DNA of 64,000 bases from an uncultured Acidobacteriota bacterium (lineage in GTDB: Bacteria; Acidobacteriota; Thermoanaerobaculia; Multivoradales; SZUA-115), in assembly GCA_963805975.1 (NCBI GenBank), contig CAWDVR010000002.1, positions 32,001 to 96,000 of the forward strand, written 5' to 3'. The position numbers were made by a program, and so were the translations under genes. Shown here piece by piece: positions 19,551 through 29,497 of the stretch (positions are counted from its first letter, which is position 1; every line of letters starts with the position of its first letter). The notes beneath the pieces are model-generated. The model searched no databases. It was given only the letters and a program-made list of their open reading frames with translations, and was not told the DNA's origin.

Positions 19551-19850
19551 ATGCCCCGACCCCTACTCCAGCGCGAGCCGACGAGTCCAGGCGAGATCCT
19601 GCAAGAGGAGTTTCTGGCCCCTCTGGGCATGACGCAGAAGCAGCTCGCCGATCACCTCGGCTGCGACGTCAAGGTGATCAACCGCATCGTCAACGGCCGG
19701 TCGGCGCTGACCGCAACGATGGCCTTGCGGCTCGCCGCGGCCTTTCGTACGACGCCCGAGCTCTGGCTCAATGCCCAGAAGGCCATCGATCTGTATCGAG
19801 CCAGCCAATCGCTGACCGAGCTGCCGAGCCCTCTGCTCAAAGCGAGCTGA
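19551..19850 (+). CDS. higA: HigA XRE-HTH antitoxin
   Basis: SPGEILQEEFLAPLGMTQKQLA...MALRLAAAFRTTPELWLNAQ. Confidence 0.92.
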   Translation: MPRPLLQREPTSPGEILQEEFLAPLGMTQKQLADHLGCDVKVINRIVNGRSALTATMALRLAAAFRTTPELWLNAQKAIDLYRASQSLTELPSPLLKAS

Positions 19851-21991
19851 ACCTGCCCGAGAAGCCGTCGGATCCAGGTGCGCCCTCGCCAGCTCCCGCG
19901 CCCATCGACATCATCGTGCCGGTGGCCGGCGCGGCGGCTGACTTCGCGCGCTGCGCGGAGAGCCTCGCAACGGCGACGGACCTTTCGCGCCACCGGCTGG
20001 TGGTGGTGCTGGACGGCGAGCAGGGCGAAGAGGGGGTGGCGATCGAGGCCGCGATCGAGCGGCTGAAGGAAGATCCGGGCCGCGCCGTCGAGGTGGTGCA
20101 GAATTCCGAGCGCCGGGGCTTCGTCGGGAGCGTCAATCGCGGCATGGCGCTCTCCGGCCGCGACGTGATCCTCCTCAACAGCGACACCGTGGTCACGGCG
20201 GGCTGGGTGGAGAAGATGCAGGCCGCGGCGCTCTCCGCGCCCGAGGTGGCGACGGTCACGCCGTTCTCGAACCACGCCACGCTCTGCTCGCTGCCCGAGC
20301 CTTTCGCCGAGAACGCGGTCCCGGCCGGCCACACCATCGACACTTTCGCGCGGCTCGTCGAGGAGAGCTCGCTCCGCGCCTACCCGCGAATCCCCACCGG
20401 CGTGGGCTTCTGCCTCTACGTCAAACGCCGGGCGCTCGACGAGCTGGGCCTCTTCGACGAGGAGGCGTTCGGCGACGGCTATGGCGAGGAGGTGGACTTC
20501 TGCCTGCGCGCCGCGGCGCGCGGCTGGGCCCACGTGCTGGACGACGCCACGTTCATCTACCACGCGGGCCAGAAGAGCTTCGGCCAAAGCCGGCAGCGTC
20601 GCGTGGAGGCCGCGCACCGCGTGATCCGGCGCCGCCACCCGGCCTACCTCGGAACCGTGGCGCGCTTCATGGCGGGCGACCCGCTCGCGCCGCAGCGGCG
20701 TCGGGTGGTCGAGGCGCTGGCGCCGCCGCGCCACCGCCGCAAGCCGCCGGCGAGAGTCCTCCACCTCGTCCACGGCTGGCCGCCCTACAGCTCCGCCGGC
20801 ACGGAAGGGTACGCGCGCTCCCTGGTTCTGCGCCAGGCCGCGCGGCGTGAGGTCTTCGCCTATGCCCGCCTGGCCGACCGCGGGCGCGAGCACGGCGACG
20901 CGGTCGAGCTCTTCGATCACGGCGCCTCCGTGCGGCTGGTCACCAACAACTTCACCCAGCGCAACCCGGTGGCGCGCAACGCGCTCCACGACCCCGCGCT
21001 GACGCGGGACTTCGATCGCTTCCTGGACCGCGCGCGGCCGGCGCTCGCGCACGTGCACCACCTGGCCGGCCACGGCCTGTCGCTCGCGGCAGCGCTCGCC
21101 CGGCGCCACATCCCGATCGTCTTCCAGGCGCAGGACTGGTGGATGCTCTGCGCCCGCGCCAACCTTCTCGACCGCGAGCGCCGCGTGTGCAGCGGACCCG
21201 GCCCCGGCAAGTGCAGCGCCTGCCTGCCGATGACCGCCCTTCCCGGCGCAGCCCTATGGAGCCCCCTGCTCTACGCCGCCCGCAACTTGTGGGCGAGGCG
21301 CCTGCTGCAGAGTGCGAGCGCCGTGGTGATGGGCTCCGAGCACATCGCCCGGAGCCTGGGCGCGCACGGGCTGCTCGACGGCATCGAGCAGGTGTACGTG
21401 CTGCCCTACGGTGTCGAGCTGCCGGGCCTGCCGCGGGGTGAGCCGGTAACGCGGAAACTGCCGCTGCGATTTGGCTGCATCGGCTCGGTGCAGCCGCACA
21501 AGGGCATCCACGTCGCCGTCGCCGCGTTTCGTGGCCTCGACCCTTTGCGAACCAGCCTCGAGATATGGGGCGATCCGGGTGCCGATCCCGCCTACGCTCT
21601 TGAGCTCGAGGCCCTGGCGCAAGGCGCGCCGGTTCGGTTCCGTGGCCGCTTCGCGGAGGAGGAGAAATTTGCGATCCTCTCCGGGCTCGACGCGCTGATC
21701 GTGCCCTCGCTCGGCTACGAGTCCTTCGGCCTGGTGGCGCGCGAGGCCATGGCCTGCGGCACGCCGGTGCTGCTCGCCCGTGGCAGCGCGCTCGCCGAGC
21801 TGTCCTCCGAGCTGCCTGCGGAGGTCTTCTTCACGCCAGGCAGCTCCAGCGAGCTGCGGGCGCGTCTCGAGATGCTGATCCGGCGCCCCGAGACCCTCGC
21901 CGAGTGGGAGCGCTCGCTGCCGCGCGTCAAGAGCATGGACGAGCACGCGGAGGAGATCGAGCGCATCTACGAGCGGGTGCTCGCACGATGA
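19847..21991 (+). CDS. Fused GT2 + GT4 glycosyltransferase (start uncertain; possible CTG at 19847)
   Basis: IDIIVPV, LLNSDT, GYGEEVDF (GT2); HGWPP, HKG, ESFGLVAREAMACG (GT4). The first GT2 strand lies upstream of the first canonical start (19916). Confidence 0.85.
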   Translation: MNLPEKPSDPGAPSPAPAPIDIIVPVAGAAADFARCAESLATATDLSRHRLVVVLDGEQGEEGVAIEAAIERLKEDPGRAVEVVQNSERRGFVGSVNRGMALSGRDVILLNSDTVVTAGWVEKMQAAALSAPEVATVTPFSNHATLCSLPEPFAENAVPAGHTIDTFARLVEESSLRAYPRIPTGVGFCLYVKRRALDELGLFDEEAFGDGYGEEVDFCLRAAARGWAHVLDDATFIYHAGQKSFGQSRQRRVEAAHRVIRRRHPAYLGTVARFMAGDPLAPQRRRVVEALAPPRHRRKPPARVLHLVHGWPPYSSAGTEGYARSLVLRQAARREVFAYARLADRGREHGDAVELFDHGASVRLVTNNFTQRNPVARNALHDPALTRDFDRFLDRARPALAHVHHLAGHGLSLAAALARRHIPIVFQAQDWWMLCARANLLDRERRVCSGPGPGKCSACLPMTALPGAALWSPLLYAARNLWARRLLQSASAVVMGSEHIARSLGAHGLLDGIEQVYVLPYGVELPGLPRGEPVTRKLPLRFGCIGSVQPHKGIHVAVAAFRGLDPLRTSLEIWGDPGADPAYALELEALAQGAPVRFRGRFAEEEKFAILSGLDALIVPSLGYESFGLVAREAMACGTPVLLARGSALAELSSELPAEVFFTPGSSSELRARLEMLIRRPETLAEWERSLPRVKSMDEHAEEIERIYERVLAR

Positions 21992-23391
21992 GCGGCCGGC
22001 TGGCCCTCGCCGCCCGCACGCTCGCGGCCGAGGGGCCGCGGGCGGTTCTCGACCGCGCGCTCGATCACCTGGCCTACTGGCAGTCCCGGCCGCGAGCCCG
22101 GGAGCTGGTGGGCAGCAAGGTGCCGAAGGGCTTCCGCACGCCGGTGCTGCATCTCCTCTCGACGCCGCCCAAGCCCTGGTTCGGCGGTGTCCAAGTGCAC
22201 GTGGCGCGGCGGCGCGAGCTGGAGAGCGCCCGCTCCCCCTTCGTTCTGCTCTTTCCGGAAAGCGGACGCTACCGGCTGGAGATCTGGCACGGCGAGAGCC
22301 GTCGCGCCTGGCGGCTGGGGCCCGCCGCCGAGGAGCGACTCTCGAGCCTCCACGAGCCGGACCTCGAGCGCTCCGTCCGGCAGGCGGCAGAGTGGCTGGG
22401 TGCCGAGATCCTCCACGTCGAGAACCTGGCCGGCCTGCCCCTGGGCAGCGTGCTCCGCCTCGTCGAGGGCGGGCTGCGGACTGTCGTGTCGGTGCACGAC
22501 TTCGCGGCCTTCTGCCCGCGGCCCCACCTCATCGAGCAGCCCGATCAGCGCTTCTGTCACTACTCGCGCGACCTCGGGCGTTGCGCCCGGTGCCTGGGCC
22601 TCGATCCCGAGGCAGGGGCCGACTTCCAGCGCACCCGGCGTGATCTCGCGGGGAGGCTTCTGTCGCAGGCGGAGGCGGTCGTCTATCCTTCGGCCTTCCT
22701 CCGGGACCAGTTCCAGGTGCTGTTCCCGGGCCTCGGGCCCGTGCGCCAGCTCGTGCGCCCGCCTCGGACCGCTCTCGATCCGCGGCCCGCGTCCCGGGCG
22801 GCGCCCACCGTGACGCCCTCGGGGCGCGTCCGCATTGCCTTCGTGGGCAGCGCCAGGCCGCACAAGGGCTCCCGTGTTCTTGCCGAAGTGGTGGACGGCC
22901 TCTCGGCCGAGGAGCGACGGCGCTTCCTCCTCTCGGCCTACGGCGGCGGCGATCTCGGGGAGCTGGCCGCCTGGAGCCGCCGAGGGGTGGAGGTGCGCGG
23001 CTACTACCGTGCGAGCCGGCTGCCGGAGCGGCTGCGGCGCGACCAGATCGACCTCGCGCTCCTGCCGTCGATCTACCCCGAGCCCTACGGCCTGACCCTC
23101 GACGAGTGCCTGGCGGCCGGCGTCGCCGTCGTCGCCTTCGACCACGGCGCCATGGCCGACCGCCTGCGCCTCTGGGGCGGCGGCTGGCTGGTGCCGCCGC
23201 AGGAGGGAGCGGCGGGGATCGTGCGCCTGCTCCGCGAGCTGCCGGCAAGAGAGGCGTGGCCGCGACCTGCTCTTCCAGAGGCCGGGGGGCTCCTCGACTA
23301 CGAGGGCCTCTACCGGCAAGCGCTGGGCGGCGTGATACCTTCGGGCCCTTCTCCAAGGCACTCTGGCTCTGGATCGAGAACCGAACGTTGA
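21988..23391 (+). CDS. GT4 glycosyltransferase
   Basis: VHDF...CP, HKG, EPYGLTLDECLAAG; ATGA coupling. Confidence 0.85.
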   Translation: MSGRLALAARTLAAEGPRAVLDRALDHLAYWQSRPRARELVGSKVPKGFRTPVLHLLSTPPKPWFGGVQVHVARRRELESARSPFVLLFPESGRYRLEIWHGESRRAWRLGPAAEERLSSLHEPDLERSVRQAAEWLGAEILHVENLAGLPLGSVLRLVEGGLRTVVSVHDFAAFCPRPHLIEQPDQRFCHYSRDLGRCARCLGLDPEAGADFQRTRRDLAGRLLSQAEAVVYPSAFLRDQFQVLFPGLGPVRQLVRPPRTALDPRPASRAAPTVTPSGRVRIAFVGSARPHKGSRVLAEVVDGLSAEERRRFLLSAYGGGDLGELAAWSRRGVEVRGYYRASRLPERLRRDQIDLALLPSIYPEPYGLTLDECLAAGVAVVAFDHGAMADRLRLWGGGWLVPPQEGAAGIVRLLRELPAREAWPRPALPEAGGLLDYEGLYRQALGGVIPSGPSPRHSGSGSRTER

Positions 23392-24341
23392 GCGCCTCCT
23401 CCCAGCCTGCCCCGGCGCTCTCCGTGGTGATCCCGAGCCGGGACACGGCGGAGCTGACACTCTCCTGCCTGGCCGCGCTCGAGGCCGCGGCCTACCCGGA
23501 GCTCGAGATCCTGCTGGTGGACGACGGCAGCACGGACGGGACCGAAGAACGCGTCCGCGCACGCTTTCCGGCGGTCCGCGTGCTCTCCCACGAGACGCCG
23601 CGCGGCTTCACCCACGCCGCCAATCTCGGCCTCGGCGCGGCGCGCGGCGAGATCCTCCTGCTGCTCAACAGCGACACCGAGATCGAGCCGCCGGCGCTCG
23701 CCGCACTGGCCGCCGCCTTCGCCGCCGATCACCGCCTGGGCATCGCGGGCGCCCGCCTGTTCTTTCCGGACGGCAGGCCGCAATGGAGCGGCGGCCCGGA
23801 GCCCGGCCTCGCGTGGCTCTTCGGCCTAGCCTCCGGCCTGCCACGCCTCGCGGCCGGGCTTCCCGGCTACCGCCGCCTGCGGCCGGTGTCGGGCTCCGCT
23901 CCTTCCGCCGTGCCCCCAATGACTGTCGATTGGGTGACCGGCGCCGCGCTCGCGCTCCGCCGCCAGGTGTGGCAGGAGGTGGGGCCGCTCGACCCCCGCT
24001 TCCGTTTCTACGCCCAGGACCTCGACCTCTGCCTGCGGGCGCGGGCCGCCGGCTGGGAGGTGCGGGTGCTCCCCGAGGTCGAGGTGCGGCACCACCAGGG
24101 CGGGACGATCACCGCCGCGGACGGCGCGGCCGGGGGCGGTGCAGTGGGGGGCGAGCACCCGGAGCTCCTGTGGACCGACCTCCTGCGCTGGGCCGCCAAG
24201 CACCGCGGGCCGGCCTGGGCGCGGCGCGCGCGCCGGCTGATGTGCCTGGGCGCCCGGCTGCGACTCGCGGGCCGCGACGCCGCGGCCTTCCGCGCGGCCC
24301 GTCGATCGATCTCCCGCCTGCCGCTCGAGGCCTCGCCGTGA
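23388..24341 (+). CDS. GT2 glycosyltransferase (WbbL-like)
   Basis: LSVVIPS, VDDGSTDG, LLNSDT, DWVTGA, FYAQDLDLC. Confidence 0.88.
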   Translation: MSASSQPAPALSVVIPSRDTAELTLSCLAALEAAAYPELEILLVDDGSTDGTEERVRARFPAVRVLSHETPRGFTHAANLGLGAARGEILLLLNSDTEIEPPALAALAAAFAADHRLGIAGARLFFPDGRPQWSGGPEPGLAWLFGLASGLPRLAAGLPGYRRLRPVSGSAPSAVPPMTVDWVTGAALALRRQVWQEVGPLDPRFRFYAQDLDLCLRARAAGWEVRVLPEVEVRHHQGGTITAADGAAGGGAVGGEHPELLWTDLLRWAAKHRGPAWARRARRLMCLGARLRLAGRDAAAFRAARRSISRLPLEASP

Positions 24342-24354
24342 GGGCCTTCACGCC

Positions 24355-25119
24355 GTGAGAGCCCTGGCCCGCCACCGGGACCTGGTGCAGATGCTGGTGG
24401 TGCGGGACCTCAAGGTCCGCTACCGGCGGTCGACGATCGGCTTCCTGTGGACCATGCTGCAGCCGCTCCTCACCATGCTGGTGCTGACCACGGTGTTCAG
24501 CCACGTCTTCCGCTTCGACGTGGCGAACTACCCGGTCTACGCCCTCGCCGGCATCCTGTTCTGGAACTTCTTCAGCCAGAGCATCGTGAGCTCGATGAAC
24601 AGCCTGCGCTACAACGCCAACCTGTTGACCAAGGTGCCGGTGCCGAAGGCGGTCTTCCCGCTCGCCACCATCCTCTCGGGGCTGGTCAACCTGCTGCTCG
24701 CGCTGGTGCCGCTGCTCCTGATTCTGGTGGTCACCGGGCATCCGCTCCACCTGACGCTGCTCTTCCTGCCGGTCGCCATCCTGCTGGCGGCGGTCTTCAC
24801 GCTCGGTGCCGGCCTGGTGCTGTCGCCGCTCGCCGCCTTCTTCCACGACATCGTCGAGATGGTGACGGTGGTGATGATGCTGCTGCTCTACATGACGCCG
24901 GTCTTCTACCCGGTGTCGATCGTGCCCGAGCGCTTCGCGTGGATCATCCGTTGGAACCCGGTGCGGGTGGTGCTCGACCTGTTCCGCGAGCCGATCTACT
25001 CGGGCCGGTTGCCCTCGGCCGCTCACCTGGCGGTCGCCACCGTCCTCGCCGCCGTGTCGCTGGCGGTGGGCATCGCCGCCTTCCGGCGCTCGAGCGACCG
25101 CATCGTCTTCTACCTATGA
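24355..25119 (+). CDS. wzm: Polysaccharide ABC transporter permease (Wzm)
   Basis: RDLKVRYRRSTIGFLW; six TM helices; TPVFYP...NP. Confidence 0.9.
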   Translation: MRALARHRDLVQMLVVRDLKVRYRRSTIGFLWTMLQPLLTMLVLTTVFSHVFRFDVANYPVYALAGILFWNFFSQSIVSSMNSLRYNANLLTKVPVPKAVFPLATILSGLVNLLLALVPLLLILVVTGHPLHLTLLFLPVAILLAAVFTLGAGLVLSPLAAFFHDIVEMVTVVMMLLLYMTPVFYPVSIVPERFAWIIRWNPVRVVLDLFREPIYSGRLPSAAHLAVATVLAAVSLAVGIAAFRRSSDRIVFYL

Positions 25120-25895
25120 GCGAGGCCGTGCAGGAAAGCCCGCGGCAGGAGCCGGCGGCGGCGGTCATCTCGCTCGCCGAGGTGGGCCTGCGCTATCGCC
25201 TCGCCAAGCAGCGCATCCCGTCGCTCAAGGAGTACGCGATCCACTGGCTCAAGGGCGCCTTGATCTACGAGGATCTGTGGGCGCTCGACCAAGTCTCGGT
25301 CGAGATCCGGCGCGGCGAGCGGGTGGGCCTGGTGGGGAGAAACGGCGCCGGCAAGTCGACGCTGCTCAAGGTGATCTCCGGCATTCTCAAGCCGACCCGC
25401 GGGCAGGCGGCGATCCGCGGCTCGGTGACGCCGATCCTGGAGCTCGGCACGGGCTTCGATCCCGAGCTGACCGGGCTCGAGAACATCTACCTCAATGCCC
25501 TGCTGCTCGGGCGCCGGCGGCGGGAGGTGGAGGCCAAGGTGGACGAGATCGTGGCCTTCAGCGGGCTGGGCGACTTCATCCGCTCGCCGATCCGCAACTA
25601 CTCGTCGGGGATGCAGGCCCGGCTGGGATTCTCGATCGCCACCGCCTGGGTGCCGGACATCCTGATCCTGGACGAGGTGCTGGCGGTGGGCGACGCGCAG
25701 TTCGTGCGGCTCTGCGAGGAGCGCCTCTCGAGCTTCCGCGACCTCGGCACCACCCTGCTCCTGGTGTCCCACAACCCGCAGGCGGTGCGCAGCAGTTGCG
25801 AGCGCTGCGTCTGGCTCGAAGGCGGCCGCCTGCGCGGCGACGGCCCGGTGGAGGCAGTGCTCGAGGACTACCGCCTGTTCACGAAGAAGGGGTGA
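25116..25895 (+). CDS. wzt: Polysaccharide ABC transporter ATPase (Wzt, no C-terminal carbohydrate-binding domain)
   Basis: [28 protein letters not shown]. Confidence 0.92.
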   Translation: MSEAVQESPRQEPAAAVISLAEVGLRYRLAKQRIPSLKEYAIHWLKGALIYEDLWALDQVSVEIRRGERVGLVGRNGAGKSTLLKVISGILKPTRGQAAIRGSVTPILELGTGFDPELTGLENIYLNALLLGRRRREVEAKVDEIVAFSGLGDFIRSPIRNYSSGMQARLGFSIATAWVPDILILDEVLAVGDAQFVRLCEERLSSFRDLGTTLLLVSHNPQAVRSSCERCVWLEGGRLRGDGPVEAVLEDYRLFTKKG

Positions 25896-25950
25896 GGGAC
25901 CCGCCCAAGCTAACCCTGGGCTTGGGGGGATCAGCCGCACAGCCGGGCGG

Positions 25951-27627
25951 CTACGGCATGAACGGAAGCTCGAACTTCGTCCCCACGAAGACGCGAGCCG
26001 TCAGGTGCTCTTCCTTCGGGTCCGCCAACGCCGTGCCGTATTGCAGATCGACACCGCCCGTCAACCCTTTCTTGGGATCGCGCAGGAAATGGAGCAGGAG
26101 ATGGTGCTCCCACTCGCCGTGGTCGAGATCATAGTTAGTCCGCAGAGTCGCGCCCAAGCCTGGGCGGAGCCAGCCCTTGATCTCGGCACGGATGACCTCG
26201 GTCTCGGTCTCGGCCGGGCCTGCGAGCGCCGCCTGTCGGCAGAGGAGCGCACCGCCTCCGGCCGGGAGGCAGACCTGGCTGCTCGGCGACGCCGTAAGGG
26301 TGGTGAGCCTCGCGTAGCCGACGCTTCCCAGCCATCCAGCCTGGTAGACGCTGAAGGTAAGGTTGAGGCTACGGCTGTGCCCATCGCTGGAACGCTCGGC
26401 AAACTCCGCCTGCGGGTCGAGGAACTTGAACTTCTGGTCGGCGACGACAGCCTCGGCCGTCACGTAATAGAAGGCGAGAGGGATGGCGCGCAGAATCCTG
26501 CGGTACCAGTACCCGGGCCGCTCGCTCGCCGCCGCCCAGGGCAGGAGCGAGCTCATGAGACAGTTGTTCGTGGCCCCGGTCTCGGTCGTGAAGAGCTTCT
26601 CGGGCGGCACGACTCGAGCCTCCTGGCAGACCTTGGTTTCGACCTCCTTCTCCTTCTTGTCGAGCTCCTGCTTGAGGATTGCCGCCGCGAGCAGCTCGGT
26701 CCTGCATTCCTCAACCTTGGGGACATTGGGTGCCGGCTCGCCCGAGCGAAAGAAGGCCAAGGTCTCGCGCTCCTGATTGAAGACCTCGCAGCGGCGCCAG
26801 AGCTGCTCGGCTTTGCGCTCCTCTTCGCTGGCGGTTTCGAAGCCGGGCACGGCGAGCAGCAGCGCCGCGTCCTTCTTGACAGCTCCATCCAAGGCTGCCG
26901 TGCGGAGCGAGGCGAGGGTTTCGGCGTTGCATCGCAGCGTGTACCCGGCCCCAGGGTCCGGTTCGACGCGCGGCGGGGCGAGCCATCCGGTCGCCCGCTT
27001 CTTGTTGATCTCCTGGCAGAGCTCCCAACGGCTGGCGTCGAGGCGCTGCTCGACGACGTTGCTCCAGAAGGCATCGTTCTTGAGACTTGCGAGGGAGCAC
27101 GAACCATCCTTCGGCAGCTCGGCGGCCTCAGCCGCCAGCCGTTTCTGGGCGAGCTTGTTGGCATCGATGCAAATCGCTTCGAAGGGGCCCGGCGCGCCGT
27201 TGGCAGCCACGCCTTGGCCGAGACCGAACCACCGGAGCGGCTTTCCCGTGCGTTCGAAGGTCAGCCCCAGCGCCCCGGTCGTGCCCGCGGTCAGCCCGTC
27301 CAGGTTGACGAAGCTGGCTTCCTTGGTCGAGGTGTCGACCGGCGCTTTGAACTTGAGACCCATCTGGAGGTTGTTTCTCTCGTTGCGGGTCCGGAAACCC
27401 ACTTGGGCAGTGAGGAGCGCCCCGTCCTCACCCGCCTCCAGGATCACATCGGCTGGCGTGTCCTGGAGCGCCGAGGTCCCGGTGCCATCTGCCTGGGCGG
27501 CGGCCCTGGCCACCTCCGCCTCGGTGGCAGGAACCGCCTGCGCGAGCGCCGGCGCCTGCCCGAGCGCGAACCCACCCAGCACGCATCCGATCGTGGCAAT
27601 CGCGGAGATTGGCGGCCGAGGGCTCAT
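25951..27627 (-). CDS. Exported hypothetical protein, probable outer-membrane beta-barrel with a Cys-pair repeat insertion
   Basis: Signal peptide ending ALA-QA; amphipathic strands at both ends; less GC3-biased codons. Confidence 0.6.
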   Translation of the reverse strand: MSPRPPISAIATIGCVLGGFALGQAPALAQAVPATEAEVARAAAQADGTGTSALQDTPADVILEAGEDGALLTAQVGFRTRNERNNLQMGLKFKAPVDTSTKEASFVNLDGLTAGTTGALGLTFERTGKPLRWFGLGQGVAANGAPGPFEAICIDANKLAQKRLAAEAAELPKDGSCSLASLKNDAFWSNVVEQRLDASRWELCQEINKKRATGWLAPPRVEPDPGAGYTLRCNAETLASLRTAALDGAVKKDAALLLAVPGFETASEEERKAEQLWRRCEVFNQERETLAFFRSGEPAPNVPKVEECRTELLAAAILKQELDKKEKEVETKVCQEARVVPPEKLFTTETGATNNCLMSSLLPWAAASERPGYWYRRILRAIPLAFYYVTAEAVVADQKFKFLDPQAEFAERSSDGHSRSLNLTFSVYQAGWLGSVGYARLTTLTASPSSQVCLPAGGGALLCRQAALAGPAETETEVIRAEIKGWLRPGLGATLRTNYDLDHGEWEHHLLLHFLRDPKKGLTGGVDLQYGTALADPKEEHLTARVFVGTKFELPFMP

Positions 27628-27959
27628 GGGATCGACACCTGGGCATCGAACGCTTCGACTCCCAGCGGTCCGAGCTTGCCACCGCCGAGATTCTCCTCGT
27701 GCGGGCTGATGAGCTTGAACCCCCAGGTTGCGCCGGCTTTGCCACGCACGAAGCCGTGGAGCGTGTGGGTACCCGCCGGGAGGTCGATCGGGACCGAGGT
27801 CCCGTCCGCCAACCACGACAGTCGGATCTTGTTGCCGACCACGATCTCTCGCTGGGTGGCGGTCCCTCCCCGGCGAACGACGAGGCTATGGAACGGTCCG
27901 GTAGCCGTCGCGAACATCTTGTCGACGGCCTTCAGCATCTTGGCGTGTTTCGCGGTCAT
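27624..27959 (-). CDS. Hypothetical small beta-rich protein
   Basis: GGAGGGAG RBS; ATGA coupling to the downstream gene. Confidence 0.55.
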   Translation of the reverse strand: MTAKHAKMLKAVDKMFATATGPFHSLVVRRGGTATQREIVVGNKIRLSWLADGTSVPIDLPAGTHTLHGFVRGKAGATWGFKLISPHEENLGGGKLGPLGVEAFDAQVSIP

Positions 27960-28078
27960 GGGGGCTCCCTCCCAGGCGTCGTCTTGGCTCGTTGGATCTA
28001 GACCTACTCTGCCTGTTAGACGGATCTGCCAGTGAGATTCCTGTTGGCCAGCGGAGCCGGCGGGCCAGCAATCGGTGG

Positions 28079-29365
28079 TCAGCCTCGGAGCACGGCCCGG
28101 TAGACCGTCTCCATCTCCTCCGCGATCGCCGCCGGCGCGTGGAAGCGCGCCAGCACGTCGCGGCCGGCGGCGGTGAGGCGGGCGGCGAGGCCGGGCTCCC
28201 GGGCCAGTCGCGCGAAGGCGGCGGCGTAGTCGGCCGCGTCCCGCGCGAGGAGCAGCTCGCGGCCATCCTCGGCGTCCAGCCCGGCCGCGGCCTCCGGGCT
28301 CGCCACCACCGGCACTCCGCGGGCCCACGCTTCGAGGATCCGCATCCGCACGCCCGAGGCGATGCGCAGCGGCAGCACCAGGATCGAGCCCGGCGCGAAC
28401 GCGTCCCGCGTGTCGGCCGGCGGCGGGTAGCCCTGGATGCCGTCCAGGCCGGTCTCACCCAGGGCCGCGGCGTTGCCGAAGACATGCAGCCGCGCCTCCG
28501 GCAGCGCGGTGCTGACCGCGGGCCAGATCACACCGGCGAAGTACTCCACCGCATCCTGGTTGGGAGGCCAGCCTTCGCTGCCCATGAGCACGATCGCGGG
28601 CCTTCCCGCCAGGGGCCGGTCCGCGGCGGCCAGCTCGCCGGCGAACGGAGCCCGCACCAGGGTGACGCGCCCTCGCCCGCCGGCGAGCTCCCGCAGGCGC
28701 TCGCCGTCGCGGCCGGTGAGCGCCACGGTGGTCGCGACGCTGGCTACCGCCTCGCCCTCCCAACGCGCCAGGCGCGCCGCCTCGCGGCGCGCCACGGAGC
28801 CCAACAGGCGCTTGCCCCGCGCCGCCGCGATCCACAGGTCGCTCTCCACGTTCTGGGCGCGGAGCACCACCGGCACCGGCCGCACGGAGCCCGCGGCGGC
28901 GAGCGCCGCGCGCACCGGCGCCAGGGCCTGGAGCTGCTCCACGTGGACCAGGTCCCAGCGTTCGGCGGCGAGCAGGCGCTCGAGCTCGGCCACCACGGGA
29001 GGATGGAAGTGGCGGTCGATCGACAGCGGCCGGCCGGCCAGCCGGCCGCGCAGTAGAGAGCCCACGTAGGAACGGCCCTGGACCTCGACCAGGCGCGGCG
29101 AGCAGCAACCGCTGAGCGCCGCGGAAGCTTCTGCCACCGCCGACGCCGAGCCCGGCGCCAGCGGCGCCACCAGGGTGAACCGGTGGCCGCGCTCGGCCAG
29201 TGCCTCGAGCGTGCTCTTGGCCAGCAGCCGGCCTCCGTCGATCGGTGGCCAGGGCGGTTTGGTGGCGACGACCAGCACCCTGAGCGGGCGGGAGCCGCAC
29301 GCGGCCTGAGCCTCGTCGTCGAGCGCGGCGATAGCCGGAAGGGAGTCTCTCAACCTTGGGGGCAA
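28079..29365 (-). CDS. GT4 glycosyltransferase (start uncertain)
   Basis: PPWPPIDGGR, QNVES, WPPNQDA, SGVRMRILEAWARGVPVV. Confidence 0.85.
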   Translation of the reverse strand: MPPRLRDSLPAIAALDDEAQAACGSRPLRVLVVATKPPWPPIDGGRLLAKSTLEALAERGHRFTLVAPLAPGSASAVAEASAALSGCCSPRLVEVQGRSYVGSLLRGRLAGRPLSIDRHFHPPVVAELERLLAAERWDLVHVEQLQALAPVRAALAAAGSVRPVPVVLRAQNVESDLWIAAARGKRLLGSVARREAARLARWEGEAVASVATTVALTGRDGERLRELAGGRGRVTLVRAPFAGELAAADRPLAGRPAIVLMGSEGWPPNQDAVEYFAGVIWPAVSTALPEARLHVFGNAAALGETGLDGIQGYPPPADTRDAFAPGSILVLPLRIASGVRMRILEAWARGVPVVASPEAAAGLDAEDGRELLLARDAADYAAAFARLAREPGLAARLTAAGRDVLARFHAPAAIAEEMETVYRAVLRG

Positions 29366-29497
29366 GCCCGGTCAGGGGGTCGCTTTTCGGTCTTTACGGA
29401 AGGAAGTTGCTCGGCGGGCAGTATAGCCCGAACCACCGGCCCCGGATCCGCCGGGCACCGACCTGGCCCGCAGGGCGAGGAAACCGGCGGTTGCCGA

